A stretch of 64,000 bases of DNA from a virus (lineage: Duplodnaviria; Caudoviricetes). The stretch covers positions 1,499 through 65,498 of the IMG/VR virus record IMGVR_UViG_3300036861_001161; one strand, given 5' to 3'. The notes under the pieces are model-generated. The model worked only from the letters and a program-made list of their open reading frames with translations, ran no database searches and was not told where the DNA came from. Positions 63,063 to 64,000 of the stretch are shown here, one piece after another. The first letter of the stretch is position 1. Every line of letters begins with the position of its first letter. The position numbers and the translations under genes are program-made.

Positions 63063-64000
63063 TTGTCACCCCGGACCGTCCGTCTTGACCCTGGCCAGGC
63101 TCCTCCTGCCCATTCAGCCCAAAGTGTGGAGCCGCTAGCAATGCCAGCGCCCCTTGCTCAGCCAGCTTCGCCTGCCACTCCTCAAAGAGCACGCCGGGCG
63201 CTAACAGGCTTCCCTGACGCAAATTCTCATACAGGTCTTCTTGGGTCAGGGCTCCGGCTTGCCAGGCACTCACAAGGGCCGTCAGCGTCGGCGCATCCAC
63301 CTTCGTCGGCAAGAAGTCGGTATTGAGGGTCAGTGAGATCGTCTCATCGTCGAGATCCTCTGTCAGTCCGGCCCACCAGGTATGCCACCGTAACGCCTTC
63401 GTCAGCAACACCGACGCCGCATCGGCATAGGCCTCCATGATACTCATCTCAGCATTCTGGCGCAGCTGATGCGTCTCGGCCGCTTCAACCGCCTGTTTTT
63501 GCGGCTCGAGGAGGCGCGCGCCGAGCACGGCCATTTGTGCCTCATCTTCTTTCAGCTTGTCAAGCTTGGCCTGGAGGCCATGGCCGCTCACTTCCAGATA
63601 ATACGCCTTGGCCTGGGGTTCCGGAAGAATCCATGCTATGAGTGCCCCAATTTTAAATTCATCCTCCGTATTGTCATGCCCTGTAACTACCGGCGTCGCT
63701 AAGGAGCACATATGCAGCTCATGCTGATAGTCCGCATTGGTCCTATAATGAGACAAATTCACATCGACAACATCCAACAGTGGCGGGGATCCAAGGATCA
63801 TATCGAGGGAATCAGCATTCAGGATCAGAAACGGGAGAAAGTCAAGCGAGGCCCCACGGCGCGTTGGGACGCGTTCGCCCACGAGGATGAAGCCTTCCCC
63901 CTGGGGAGACCGCACCTTCCGCCACAGGCGTACCACATACGTTCCATCCTCAAGCAGCAGTTCCCGCCAGTGGGGGATAGTCACATGGCGATAGGGATCC
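63049..64000 (-). CDS. Portal protein (DUF4055-type), C-terminal part
   Basis: PPLLDVV.VNLSHYR..ADY...LH....TPV.TG...YLE.SG.GL...E.QMA.LGARLL...LN.DF...WQAGA. The 5' end lies outside the window. Confidence 0.85.
   Translation of the reverse strand, partial: DPYRHVTIPHWRELLLEDGTYVVRLWRKVRSPQGEGFILVGERVPTRRGASLDFLPFLILNADSLDMILGSPPLLDVVDVNLSHYRTNADYQHELHMCSLATPVVTGHDNTEDEFKIGALIAWILPEPQAKAYYLEVSGHGLQAKLDKLKEDEAQMAVLGARLLEPQKQAVEAAETHQLRQNAEMSIMEAYADAASVLLTKALRWHTWWAGLTEDLDDETISLTLNTDFLPTKVDAPTLTALVSAWQAGALTQEDLYENLRQGSLLAPGVLFEEWQAKLAEQGALALLAAPHFGLNGQEEPGQGQDGRSGVTNGRG

Noticed and set aside
1-64000. tRNA/rRNA genes, integrase/att sites, inteins
   Set aside because: None were recognised by eye. 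Terminase, lysogeny and replication modules lie outside the window, so prophage versus free phage cannot be decided.

Overview
The window is most of a GC-rich, long non-contractile-tailed (siphovirus-like) phage or prophage, probably from a Gram-negative host. From right to left on the minus strand it runs: portal (partial), Mu-F/gp7-like head protein, scaffold, P22-type major capsid, head-tail joining genes, ~17 kb of accessory and appendage genes, two tail-tube paralogues, tail chaperone with a -1 frameshift, tape measure, tail tip, fibres, a large block of secreted proteins and a lysis region. The end of the early arm (DUF5131-like, RusA-like, HTH) lies on the plus strand at 1-982. The main observations are four. 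(1) The major capsid gene is split into 4 exons by three ~260-nt ORF-less group I introns and is flanked by free-standing HNH and GIY-YIG endonuclease genes. (2) There are six free-standing homing-endonuclease-like genes. The three co-oriented with the late operon belong to three different families, yet share one control design: a -10 box overlapping the 5' arm of an RBS-occluding hairpin. (3) Two parallel cassettes encode Sec-signal-peptide-bearing tail-fibre-like, lectin, beta-helix and FN3 proteins, suggesting an exported or periplasm-matured appendage system. (4) There are several structured non-coding elements. All product calls come from motif recognition by eye; no database searches or folding programs were run.
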